Of a stretch of 64,000 bases of DNA, positions 1 to 9,126 are shown piece by piece. Every line of letters starts with the position of its first letter. The stretch's first letter is position 1. The DNA is from Candidatus Gastranaerophilales bacterium (GTDB taxonomy: Bacteria > Cyanobacteriota > Vampirovibrionia > Gastranaerophilales > Gastranaerophilaceae), in the NCBI GenBank assembly GCA_944326525.1, contig CALVEG010000003.1, positions 73,846 to 137,845 of the forward strand. Reading direction: 5' to 3'. A model generated the notes under the pieces. The model did no database searches. It was not told the origin of the DNA and saw nothing but the letters and a program-made list of their open reading frames with translations. Both the position numbers and the translations under genes were made by a program.

Positions 1-1428
1 TAAGACTGCCCAGTTTTGATCTGTTTCTGATTTGCTTGCCCAGCCGTTACCTGCTATGTAGTCTTCGCTGTTGCCAAAACCTGCTTTGAATTGGCTTGTT
101 CCGTTCATTCTGTGCCACAAGTTTACATACCATTGTGCTTTGTCTAAATCATCTATTGCACGAATTTCTTCTTCTATATATTGCGGTTCTGTTATCGGAT
201 TCGGTTTAGTTGGAGGTATTATTTTTTCACCTTCAAGTTTCCAGCTTTCCATATCTCTGTCATATCCGGCTTGGTCAAATATCAATGGTGCTTCTGGTGG
301 CTCAACCGGTTCTTTTGGAATTTCTATTTGTCCTATTACACCTTTTAAGTCGTGTTCTATTATGTGGTAATAGCGCTGTTTTATACTTTTCCATACTGGG
401 TCATTATCATCGCCTACTTTAGAATAATTGCCATTTGCATAATCTTCAATATCTTTCATTAATTCTAATATTTTATCTGTGATTAGCTGTGTTCCATCAC
501 AACTTTCTGAGCCACAGTCAAATGTTACTTCTGTACCGTAAAACTCATGTTTGTGAGGACCATCAGAACATCCTGTTCCACCACAGCAGTATTTGCCTTC
601 AATAGCTTTTGCTATTTGCATCATTATCTCACCATCACCTGATGTCCCATTAACGCCGCCAGAGGCTGTAGTCCACCATAAATCTCCTTCCCAGTATGGA
701 GAATCTTTGGTTAGCAGATGGGCAAGGGTGTGTTGATAATGTCTTACAATATTATATTCACTTGAATCAGGGTTAGAAGAACATGAAAAACAACCTCCGG
801 CTGTTCCTTCTGTGAATGCTTCATACAAAGACCAAGTTTCTACCTTTCCGCCTTCACCTTCTCCAGGAGTTGGAGGTACCCAATTGGGGTCTGGAATTTT
901 GTAAATTGGGTTGTTTGGGTCTGGTTTTTTGCCTTCCCAAATTTTAATTTCTTCTTCATAAATCTTATATGCTTCTTCGTAATCCGCCATTTCTTTATTA
1001 TATCGGTCGACATCTGATTGATAGGCTGGATTATCTACAAGCTTATACTCGCCAGAGCCAAGTTCACCCAATACGCCGTATTTTTCCAAAAATTCTTCTA
1101 ATGTATTTGAATTCTCAAAATTTGCTGCATCGGTTTCGCTTACTAATATCTGGCCTGCTGAATTTATTAATCCGTATTGATTTTTTAATTCTCCGTAAGT
1201 CGTTAATACTGAACCCGTCAACGGCATTGTGATTTTATCACCTGCTGCGTTGTAATAATTATATTGATATTCTGTTTTATTCAAAGCGGCAACGTATTTG
1301 TCACTTGCTTTTTGGGTGCTGTCGGATAATCTTATTTTTGCATTTGACAAATATTGCGTTTCAAGCTCGACGTGATTTAATCGCGCCGTTATTGTTAACA
1401 ATCTTGCCTGTGATGCTGACATTCCCAT
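1..1428 (-). CDS. hypothetical protein, 3'-truncated by window edge (476 codons visible); SASQARLL-type N-terminal helix, Cys-rich and Pro-rich segments
   Basis: Hand translation of minus strand: ATG at 1428-1426 (MGMSASQARLLTITARLNHVELETQ...) stays open to position 1. It is missing from the ORF track only because its stop lies outside the window. Plus-strand ORFs 71-422 and 969-1232 are its shadows. Confidence 0.6.
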   Translation of the reverse strand, partial: MGMSASQARLLTITARLNHVELETQYLSNAKIRLSDSTQKASDKYVAALNKTEYQYNYYNAAGDKITMPLTGSVLTTYGELKNQYGLINSAGQILVSETDAANFENSNTLEEFLEKYGVLGELGSGEYKLVDNPAYQSDVDRYNKEMADYEEAYKIYEEEIKIWEGKKPDPNNPIYKIPDPNWVPPTPGEGEGGKVETWSLYEAFTEGTAGGCFSCSSNPDSSEYNIVRHYQHTLAHLLTKDSPYWEGDLWWTTASGGVNGTSGDGEIMMQIAKAIEGKYCCGGTGCSDGPHKHEFYGTEVTFDCGSESCDGTQLITDKILELMKDIEDYANGNYSKVGDDNDPVWKSIKQRYYHIIEHDLKGVIGQIEIPKEPVEPPEAPLIFDQAGYDRDMESWKLEGEKIIPPTKPNPITEPQYIEEEIRAIDDLDKAQWYVNLWHRMNGTSQFKAGFGNSEDYIAGNGWASKSETDQNWAVL

Positions 1429-1563
1429 TTTTTTAAAGATTCCCTTTTTACTTTTTGTCGACTTTTTCACTTTATTTGTCGGATTTTTATAGGAAATTCT
1501 TTAATTATATAGAAAAATGTTACATTACTTTACAAACAAAAATGCGACTGGTATAATTTTCGT

Positions 1564-2154
1564 ATGAAAATGTGCATTTTTTCTGGAACTTTTAACCCAA
1601 TACATAACGGGCATATTTATATGGCAGAGCATATTTTGAAAAATTACGGTTTTTCAAAACTTTTATTTATTCCTGCGTTTAACCCGCCGTTAAAAGAAAG
1701 CAATCCTGATATGGCTGCTCACAGGTTTAATATGGTAAAGCTTGCTGTTGAAGATAATCCTAATTTTGAAGTTTCAGATATAGAGTATCGAATGAGCGGA
1801 AAATCATATTCTTATAACACCATTTGTAAGCTATATAATGAATACACAATTGATGGAAAGATTAATTTCATATTAGGTACGGATGCTTTTGAATCGCTGG
1901 ACAACTGGTATGAGAGTGAAAAATTAAGAAAGCTTGTCGATTTTATTGTGTTTGTGCGTAAAAATGATTTTGACGAAGTTAAATATGATGAAATGAAAGA
2001 AAAAGGATACAGTTTTAAATTTGCTGATATGCAATTTAACGATATTTCCTCAACAGAAATAAGAAAAAGATTAAAGGAAAATATATCTCTCAAAGGTTTT
2101 TTGCCGGAGAAGGTAGAAAGGTACATAAAGGAAAATGGTTTATACAAAAATTAG
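1564..2154 (+). CDS. nadD: nicotinate-nucleotide adenylyltransferase
   Basis: GTFNPIHNGH (HxGH nucleotidyltransferase motif), 196 aa, overlaps downstream yqeK as in the conserved nadD-yqeK pair. Confidence 0.9.
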   Translation: MKMCIFSGTFNPIHNGHIYMAEHILKNYGFSKLLFIPAFNPPLKESNPDMAAHRFNMVKLAVEDNPNFEVSDIEYRMSGKSYSYNTICKLYNEYTIDGKINFILGTDAFESLDNWYESEKLRKLVDFIVFVRKNDFDEVKYDEMKEKGYSFKFADMQFNDISSTEIRKRLKENISLKGFLPEKVERYIKENGLYKN

Positions 2155-2734
2155 CGAAAAAGATTTGTTGGAATGGTTGAAAGAAAATTTGAATGAGGAA
2201 AGGTACATTCATTCATTAGGAACAGCTGATTGTGCAAGAGAATTGGCCGAAAAATATAATTTAGATCCGGAAAAGGCTTATGTTGCAGGACTTTTGCATG
2301 ATTGCGCAAAATGTTTTTCTACCGAAAAGTTGAAAGAGATTATAGATAAAAACTTGTCAGTTGAAGCTTGTGAAATGTTAAATTACAAAACGCTTCATGC
2401 GCCGGTAAGTGCTTATGTCGCAGAAATGAATTTTGGAGTTGCGGATAAGGAGATCCTATCTGCGATTCGCTGGCATACTTTAGGTAAAATCAATATGACT
2501 GATTTTGAGAAAATAATATTTCTTGCAGATAAAATTGAGCCGAATACCAGAGATAAAGAATATTCTGAAGAAATAAAGTCGCTTTTAAATCAAAAAAATG
2601 GACTAAATTTAGCACTTTTAAGGTGTTACAAAGAAACTATAAAAAGTCTTGCAAAGCGAGAATTAAAAATTTGCATGGTAACTATTGACATATACAATCA
2701 CCTATTAGACTTAAGGAATGTATCAGATAATTAA
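2135..2734 (+). CDS. yqeK: HD-domain phosphohydrolase, YqeK family
   Basis: HSLGTA...LLHDCAK HD motifs; 20-nt overlap with nadD. Confidence 0.8.
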   Translation: MVYTKISEKDLLEWLKENLNEERYIHSLGTADCARELAEKYNLDPEKAYVAGLLHDCAKCFSTEKLKEIIDKNLSVEACEMLNYKTLHAPVSAYVAEMNFGVADKEILSAIRWHTLGKINMTDFEKIIFLADKIEPNTRDKEYSEEIKSLLNQKNGLNLALLRCYKETIKSLAKRELKICMVTIDIYNHLLDLRNVSDN

Positions 2735-2792
2735 CGAAAGGTTACAGAAAAGGCATGTTCATGGTAACATCATCTTAAAGAGGTAGATTTTA

Positions 2793-5348
2793 ATGAAAGT
2801 ATTGGAAATTAAGAATAATTTAGTAAAAGTATTGTATGATTCAGAAGATAAGATAGTATTAGGTAGTTTTACGGTAATAGAAGATGATTCAACTCCTTAT
2901 GTAGGTCAGGTCGTAAGTTTGAAGGCTGATAACGGGATTAGTTATGCGATAGTCAGACTTTTATTTACATTTGACGGCGAAGGAATAGTAAAAAATTACG
3001 ATGGATCAATTCCAAAACTTGATGCAAACGTTACTTTACTTTCAGCTTCTGATTTGTTGGAGATTTTGCCGGTAGAAACACCAATTAAACTTGGAAAATT
3101 GGCGCAGCAAGAATTTATTCTTAATGTTGATAATTCAATACTTCAAAATAATCTGCTTATATGTTCAGATAATTCTAAAAATACAGGAATACTTGTTTCA
3201 AATTTCGCAAAGCAAATTGAAAATAATGCTGAAAGTTCAGTGATATTTGATACAGACGGTAAATATCCTTCTGAAAATAAGTTTGTCTTTGGAAAAAATT
3301 TCAAGCTTCCTTTGAATTTCGATTCAATAAACTTTATTTACGGCAATGATTTGAATGATGTTGATGCGACAAGCAGAGCTGTAATTCAGGATATTTTTCT
3401 TGAAGTTCAAGATTACACAAGAACAATTCCTGATAAATTTATACCATTTGACACATTTATTGAAGTTGTTTCTCAACAATATGCGGAGTCAGAGATTCCG
3501 GAGCTTGCTCTTTTGAAGAATAAACTTTTAAAGTATAAAGAAGAAAATGTTTTTGCTCAGTCAAAGTATGAAATTATTAGTCTGAAAGAATATATTAAAG
3601 ACAATTATACAACCGTAATTGATATTTCAAACATATCAGCCGGTTTACAAAGGGAAGTTATTGCGTATGTCTATGGTGTTCTTGAAGATATGGGCTCACC
3701 TATATATACCTTTGTAAAAATAAACGATGACAACAGTGATAAAAAATTGCTTAAATTACTTTTAAGTGAAAACAAAATTTATACGGATATAATATGTAAT
3801 CACAATTATAAATATGTATATGAGTTGAAAGAAAAATCCGATAATTTGATTTTGTTTGCGCCGGAGACAACCCGTCACGATTTCTCAGCTTACAATACCT
3901 TTTTGAATAAATTAAATCATGATGAATTTGTTGTTTGCGGGGAAGCAACTCAAAATATTCCTTTGATAATAGAGCTTTCTGCAATAGAGATTGTTAAACC
4001 GGAAACAGTATATATGTCTGATACTCCATTACCGGAAGATGTTGAAGATGTAACTGAAAGTGATAATCAACCAGAATTGACTGATACAGGTTTGGAACAG
4101 CCTATAGAGGAATGTGAAAATAAACCTGAAACTGATGATTTTACAGAAAATGAAGATACGTATACTGATTTGTCTGATGATATAGAGAGAAAACCTCAGG
4201 AAGAAGAAGATTATTCTGCAATCAGCAATAATGAAAATGATGTAGAATATGAGGTTGAAGATGATTTTGATACTGCGCTGGATGAAAGTATAGAAGCAGA
4301 TTTAACTTCTACTCAAGAGTATGATCAGGAAGAATTGGATTCCGAAGACGAAGAGGCATCGACTAATAATTTTTTTACGGAGAATGAGCCGGAAGAAGAT
4401 TTTCGGCAAGAAACTGCCTCAGAAGAAGTGATTATGCCTGATGGTGAAGTTATAGAAGATGATGAAATTCAATCTGAAAATGTTCAATATTTGGAAGATG
4501 ATTCAATGCAGGAATTAGAACAACCGGTAAGTCAGGTAATTGAGAATGAAGATATAGAGACACCTGAGTTGCAAGAGTCTGTCTCTGATGAGCAAGAAGC
4601 TGCTGATATGGATGTTCAAGGCGATGTGGAAGCTTTTTACGAAGAAGAACAAGATACTGACGAATTTCGTAAGATACAGTCTTCTGTTGAAGAAGAACCT
4701 GTTCTACCTGAACCAATAATTGATGAAAGAATTGATGTAGATTTTAATACAGAACTTCAGCTTAAAGAACAAGAAGTTGTTTCGCAAGATGATGTAGAAA
4801 ATGTTGAATCCGATGAGTTTATACCGGCAGAAGAAGGTGAGCAAACTCCTTATGAAAACGAACAGGAACCTGACAATGCACCGTTAATGCCCGAGGATGA
4901 AGACTTGCAAAATGATTTAATCGAGCAGGTTGCAAGGGATATAGATCAGACATTTATTTATAACAAAATAGAAGATGAATCATTAGATTCTGAGAATAAC
5001 ACTGCTGATTTAACAGAGGATGATTTGAATTTTATTGATGACATTAATCACGGTGAAAATGAGATATTGGAACCTGTAACAGAAGTTCCTGAAAACTTTG
5101 ATGAAGATCGTGATGACAGTTCTGAAAATGATAAGGACGAAACACCTGTAGTTCCTGTTTATCAGGCAAAAATGCCCGAAACTGCACAGACTTTTGAACA
5201 AGGCGATCACGTTTCACATCCGAAGTATGGTGAAGGTATCGTTGAAAAAATGATCAGGTATGGTAATAAAACACTCTGTTCAATTAATTTTGTTAATGTC
5301 GGAAGAAGACTTTTGGATCCTGCGATTTCTGAAATTTCAAAGCTATAA
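2793..5348 (+). CDS. large acidic protein of unknown function (globular N-domain, ~380-aa D/E-rich tract, PcrA/UvrD-C-terminal-like small domain)
   Basis: 851-aa ORF with SD-like aaagagg upstream; extreme D/E bias over nt ~4020-5150; C-terminal GDHVSHPKYGEGIV...INFVNVG motif. Confidence 0.7.
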   Translation: MKVLEIKNNLVKVLYDSEDKIVLGSFTVIEDDSTPYVGQVVSLKADNGISYAIVRLLFTFDGEGIVKNYDGSIPKLDANVTLLSASDLLEILPVETPIKLGKLAQQEFILNVDNSILQNNLLICSDNSKNTGILVSNFAKQIENNAESSVIFDTDGKYPSENKFVFGKNFKLPLNFDSINFIYGNDLNDVDATSRAVIQDIFLEVQDYTRTIPDKFIPFDTFIEVVSQQYAESEIPELALLKNKLLKYKEENVFAQSKYEIISLKEYIKDNYTTVIDISNISAGLQREVIAYVYGVLEDMGSPIYTFVKINDDNSDKKLLKLLLSENKIYTDIICNHNYKYVYELKEKSDNLILFAPETTRHDFSAYNTFLNKLNHDEFVVCGEATQNIPLIIELSAIEIVKPETVYMSDTPLPEDVEDVTESDNQPELTDTGLEQPIEECENKPETDDFTENEDTYTDLSDDIERKPQEEEDYSAISNNENDVEYEVEDDFDTALDESIEADLTSTQEYDQEELDSEDEEASTNNFFTENEPEEDFRQETASEEVIMPDGEVIEDDEIQSENVQYLEDDSMQELEQPVSQVIENEDIETPELQESVSDEQEAADMDVQGDVEAFYEEEQDTDEFRKIQSSVEEEPVLPEPIIDERIDVDFNTELQLKEQEVVSQDDVENVESDEFIPAEEGEQTPYENEQEPDNAPLMPEDEDLQNDLIEQVARDIDQTFIYNKIEDESLDSENNTADLTEDDLNFIDDINHGENEILEPVTEVPENFDEDRDDSSENDKDETPVVPVYQAKMPETAQTFEQGDHVSHPKYGEGIVEKMIRYGNKTLCSINFVNVGRRLLDPAISEISKL

Positions 5349-5412
5349 AAACGAAAAACTTGTCAAAAGGTCTTATTTATTCTATACTTTAAGATATTGA
5401 TGAGAGGTAAAA

Positions 5413-5985
5413 ATGGCTGTAAAAAAAGTTTTGAAGTATGGAGAAAAGAGTTTAAGAGAGCCTTCAAAAGAGGTTCATAAAGTTTCTAAGAAAATAACAG
5501 AGCTTGTGCAGGATCTTTTGGATACGATGTATGCTCAAAATGGCGTAGGACTTGCTGCCCCGCAGATTGGTCAGAATTTAAGAGTTTTTGTTATTGATGT
5601 TTCATCGAATAATGAACCTTTAAATCCAATAGTCTTTATAAATCCGAAAATTATAAAAAAATCTGGCGGGATTATAATGGAAGAAGGTTGTTTAAGTTTT
5701 CCGGAAGCGTATGCAAAGGTTAAACGTTACAAAAATGTAATGGTAAAAGCCTTGGATGTTCATGGAAAATCCTTTGTACTTGAGGCAAAAGACGGTTCGC
5801 TTCTTGCACGTGCAATTCAGCATGAAAATGACCATTTGGATGGAATTTTATTTATTGATCATTGTGTAAATAGATTTGATATGGATTCAGTGTTGGAGCA
5901 GCATAATCTTCCACCTGTGGATCCTTCTAAATTATTAAAAGAACCGGAGATAGACGAGGAATTGGAGAAAGAGCAAAAAAAATGA
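5413..5985 (+). CDS. def: peptide deformylase
   Basis: GVGLAAPQIG, EGCLSFP, HENDHLDG motifs. Confidence 0.95.
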   Translation: MAVKKVLKYGEKSLREPSKEVHKVSKKITELVQDLLDTMYAQNGVGLAAPQIGQNLRVFVIDVSSNNEPLNPIVFINPKIIKKSGGIIMEEGCLSFPEAYAKVKRYKNVMVKALDVHGKSFVLEAKDGSLLARAIQHENDHLDGILFIDHCVNRFDMDSVLEQHNLPPVDPSKLLKEPEIDEELEKEQKK

Positions 5986-6914
5986 TTAGAGTTGTGTTTT
6001 TCGGTACCCCTCAAATTGCGGTTAAATCTCTTGAATATCTAAATTCGTTAAAAGATATAGAAGTTATAGCTGTTGTGACTCAACCTGACAAACCTGCCGG
6101 CAGAGGAAATAAGCTTACAATGTCGCCTGTAAAGCAGTTTGCACTTGCTAATTTTATACCGGTATTTCAACCGAAATCAATAAGAAAAGAGCCTGATGTG
6201 CAGGAAGAATTGAAGAAGTTAAATCCTGATTTTTTTGTGACTTTTGCATTTGGGCAGATTTTGTCGCAGGAAGTTTTGGATATACCGAAGTTCTGTACGA
6301 TTAATCTTCACGCTTCGCTTCTTCCAAAATACAGAGGTGCAAATCCTATACAAAGAGCCATAATTAACGGGGACAAGGAAACAGGAATTTGCACAATGGT
6401 AACAGAGCTTGGGCTAGACTGTGGCGATGTTTGCCAAAAGCAAGTAATAGAAATTCCCGAGAATATGAATTGTGAAGAACTTGCAATTCAAATCAGTGAA
6501 TTATCGCCAAAATTACTTGAAGAAACATTGAATGGTTTGTATTCAAAAACCTTAACTCCTGTTCCTCAGTGTGAAGAAGGTGTTTGTATGGCGAATAAAG
6601 TTTCTAAAGAGGAAACTTTGATTGATTGGGCAAAAACTCCATTAGAAATTCACAATTTAGTCAGAGGAATTTACAAATCCCCAGGAGCTTATTTTGTGTT
6701 TAATGACAAGATAATAAAGGTTATGGAAACTGTATGCGGCAATTCATTTGGAAATAATGATTTTGGCAGCATTTTAGGCGTAACGAAAGATGGTGTAGAA
6801 TTCGCATGTAAAGGTGGTTCTATAATAGTTAAAAAAGTGAAGCCCGAAGGTAAAGGCGAAATGTTTGCACGTGATTGGTACAATGGTGTTAAGAATAAGG
6901 TAAATAAAAAATGA
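5982..6914 (+). CDS. fmt: methionyl-tRNA formyltransferase
   Basis: N-terminal formyltransferase motif (NLHASLLPKYRGANPIQ) plus C-terminal Fmt domain; 4-nt overlap with def. Confidence 0.95.
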   Translation: MIRVVFFGTPQIAVKSLEYLNSLKDIEVIAVVTQPDKPAGRGNKLTMSPVKQFALANFIPVFQPKSIRKEPDVQEELKKLNPDFFVTFAFGQILSQEVLDIPKFCTINLHASLLPKYRGANPIQRAIINGDKETGICTMVTELGLDCGDVCQKQVIEIPENMNCEELAIQISELSPKLLEETLNGLYSKTLTPVPQCEEGVCMANKVSKEETLIDWAKTPLEIHNLVRGIYKSPGAYFVFNDKIIKVMETVCGNSFGNNDFGSILGVTKDGVEFACKGGSIIVKKVKPEGKGEMFARDWYNGVKNKVNKK

Positions 6915-7261
6915 TCGTAAAAGGTATCCGAGGAGCAACGACAGTTGAATCAAATTCAGAGTCTGCAATAAAAGATGCGACAGTTGAGCTTTTGTCGGAA
7001 ATGGTCAAGCAAAATGACATTGATATAGAAAAAGTTTCTCATATTATTTTTACCTTAACCAAGGATATAAACGCAGCATTTCCCGCAAAATTTGCAAGAC
7101 TGGATCTAGGTTTTAAAGATACGGCAATGATGTGTTTTAATGAAATAGATGTTCCGAATGCTTTGGATATGTGTTTGCGTGTTTTAATCGTTTTAAATTG
7201 TGAAGACGATTTTAAACCGAAGTTTGTATATCTAAAAGGTGCACAAAATCTGCGTTCATAA
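6911..7261 (+). CDS. aroH: chorismate mutase, AroH class
   Basis: IRGATTVESNSE... N-terminus typical of AroH-type monofunctional chorismate mutase; 116 aa. Confidence 0.8.
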   Translation: MIVKGIRGATTVESNSESAIKDATVELLSEMVKQNDIDIEKVSHIIFTLTKDINAAFPAKFARLDLGFKDTAMMCFNEIDVPNALDMCLRVLIVLNCEDDFKPKFVYLKGAQNLRS

Positions 7262-7270
7262 TAATAAATT

Positions 7271-7972
7271 TTATCTTACAGACAGAAATTTATGAACTTG
7301 AGGGATTAGTCGCACATTATTGTATTTTTTGAGAAATTTATCCAGAATTTTAACTGCAAACACGGATGTTATTGACATTTGATCCTCCTGCATTTTAGGT
7401 TGTAATATTAAAAGCAGGTTGTATTTTTTGCCAAGTTCGACACATTTTTCAATTTCTTCATCAGTAATGTTTTCATCAAAAACTATTTTAGCAAAGCATT
7501 CGTGTCCTTTGCATATATTGAAGAACATATCGTGTAAATCAAACGAACTCATCATTCCTGTTGCACTTTCAAGTTTTATGTCAGCAGCAATGAAGTCGAT
7601 ATGATCTATAATATTTGATAATTCTTCGGGTAAAGTCGCATTCGTTTCAAGATATATTTTCAAATTATTTTCTTTTAATACAGGAAGAAGTTTTTGAAGA
7701 AAATTGATTGATAAAAGAGGTTCACCGCCGGTAAGAGAAACTGAATGAATAGTGCTCAGGTCGAATTGTTTAACCATTCCCATAACTCTTTCGATAGTAT
7801 ATTCTTCGTCACTTTCAAAATCAGTGTCGCAGTAATGGCATCTTAAATTGCAATCACAAAATCTTATGAATAATTGTTTTGCGCCTATATAAGGACCTTC
7901 CCCTTGTATAGAGGCAAATACTTCTTTAATTCTCGCTGTGTTTTCTTCTTCAAAAGTTTGTTCTTCAATCAT
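7271..7972 (-). CDS. queE: 7-carboxy-7-deazaguanine synthase (radical SAM)
   Basis: FASIQGEGPYIG...CNLRCHYCDT motif; 233 aa. Confidence 0.85.
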   Translation of the reverse strand: MIEEQTFEEENTARIKEVFASIQGEGPYIGAKQLFIRFCDCNLRCHYCDTDFESDEEYTIERVMGMVKQFDLSTIHSVSLTGGEPLLSINFLQKLLPVLKENNLKIYLETNATLPEELSNIIDHIDFIAADIKLESATGMMSSFDLHDMFFNICKGHECFAKIVFDENITDEEIEKCVELGKKYNLLLILQPKMQEDQMSITSVFAVKILDKFLKKYNNVRLIPQVHKFLSVR

Positions 7973-9091
7973 TTAAAAATTCTCTCTTATATTTTGTCCG
8001 GCAAGATTTTTGAGTTGTTTATAAAGTTGTATTTCTTCATCAGAAATTTTGTCCGGAATTTGTACCTTAACCATTACTATTATATCACCAACAAGATTAT
8101 TTTGTTTCAAACCTTTAGAAGAAATTCTAAAAATTTGTCCCGACTTAGTTTTAGGAGGTAGAGTAAGGGTTACATTTCCTTCCGGTGACGGAATCTCGAT
8201 ATCTCCTCCGAGAACTGCTTCAAAAGGAGATATCGGCACTTCACAAACAAGATTATTTCCGTCAATTTTAAAAGCAGAATCCGGCTCAATTGTAATTTTT
8301 AAATACAAATTACCGTTTTTTCCGCCGTATTTGCCTTTTTTCCCCTCGCCCGCCAGTCTTAATTTTGCACCGTTTTTGATGTTTTTAGGAATAGTTACAT
8401 TTATTCGCTGGCGTGTCATAACTTCTCCGCTGCCGTCGCAGTGTGTACATTTTGAACCGTTAATAAATTTTCTGCCATTGCAGTGAGTGCAAACTTCGGT
8501 TTGCAGCATATTTACTGTTTTATGAGTTCCTGTTATAGATTCTTTTAGTGTTATTGTTACATCCGCATAAATATCTTCACCATTTTGCGGAGGTGGCGTT
8601 TTTCGTGAGGATTTGTTTTTATTATTTTTAGGTTTTTGTGAAAATCCGTCTATTATATCATTTATTAAGTCTGTGAAATTTTTATCGTCTTTTGATAGTG
8701 TGTCTTTTGTTTTGAAGCTTTTTTCACAAGTTTTATTTTCTTTTGATTTTTCAAAAGAATCTTTCTTGTAAGATTTTTGAGTATTTGTGTTAGTTGTTGT
8801 ATTAGTATTTGAATTTGTGCGATAGCTTTTTCTATAGGGTTCGCTTTTTGGGGTAGAAGTTGTGCCGTTGGTTTTAAAGAATCCGTTTAAAATATCATAT
8901 TGCTTTCTTAATTTTTCGTCGCCGAGTGTTTCGTAAGCTTCAAGTATATCTTTGAATTTTACTTCTCCATCAGGATTAACGTCTGGATGATATTTTCTTA
9001 CAAGATGGCGATAGACGCTTTTTAATTCTACGTCTTCAACGTCCGGTGTAACTCCTAAGATTTCATAATAATTTTTACTGCTCTTCAACAT
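7973..9091 (-). CDS. DnaJ-like co-chaperone (J domain, single Zn centre, C-terminal substrate-binding domain)
   Basis: YYEILGV...YHPD J domain; CTHCNGRK...CTHCDGSG; N/T/K-rich linker instead of a G/F region. Confidence 0.8.
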   Translation of the reverse strand: MLKSSKNYYEILGVTPDVEDVELKSVYRHLVRKYHPDVNPDGEVKFKDILEAYETLGDEKLRKQYDILNGFFKTNGTTSTPKSEPYRKSYRTNSNTNTTTNTNTQKSYKKDSFEKSKENKTCEKSFKTKDTLSKDDKNFTDLINDIIDGFSQKPKNNKNKSSRKTPPPQNGEDIYADVTITLKESITGTHKTVNMLQTEVCTHCNGRKFINGSKCTHCDGSGEVMTRQRINVTIPKNIKNGAKLRLAGEGKKGKYGGKNGNLYLKITIEPDSAFKIDGNNLVCEVPISPFEAVLGGDIEIPSPEGNVTLTLPPKTKSGQIFRISSKGLKQNNLVGDIIVMVKVQIPDKISDEEIQLYKQLKNLAGQNIRENF

Positions 9092-9126
9092 ATAAAATTT
9101 AATAATGATGTTTGAAAAAATATCAA

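Noticed and set aside
71-1232. Plus-strand track ORFs 71-370, 210-422 and 969-1232
   Set aside because: They lie entirely within a 476-codon open minus-strand frame with a sensible start and protein-like composition, so they are treated as shadow ORFs.
8049-8486. 145-aa plus-strand ORF antisense to the DnaJ-like gene. Similar antisense ORFs occur at 1812-2147, 30895-31185, 43892-44218, 48130-48447 and 48916-49266.
   Set aside because: Each is embedded opposite or out of frame in a gene with clear family motifs. Their composition is low-complexity (S/F/L/I-rich), typical of out-of-frame or antisense translation of AT-rich genes.
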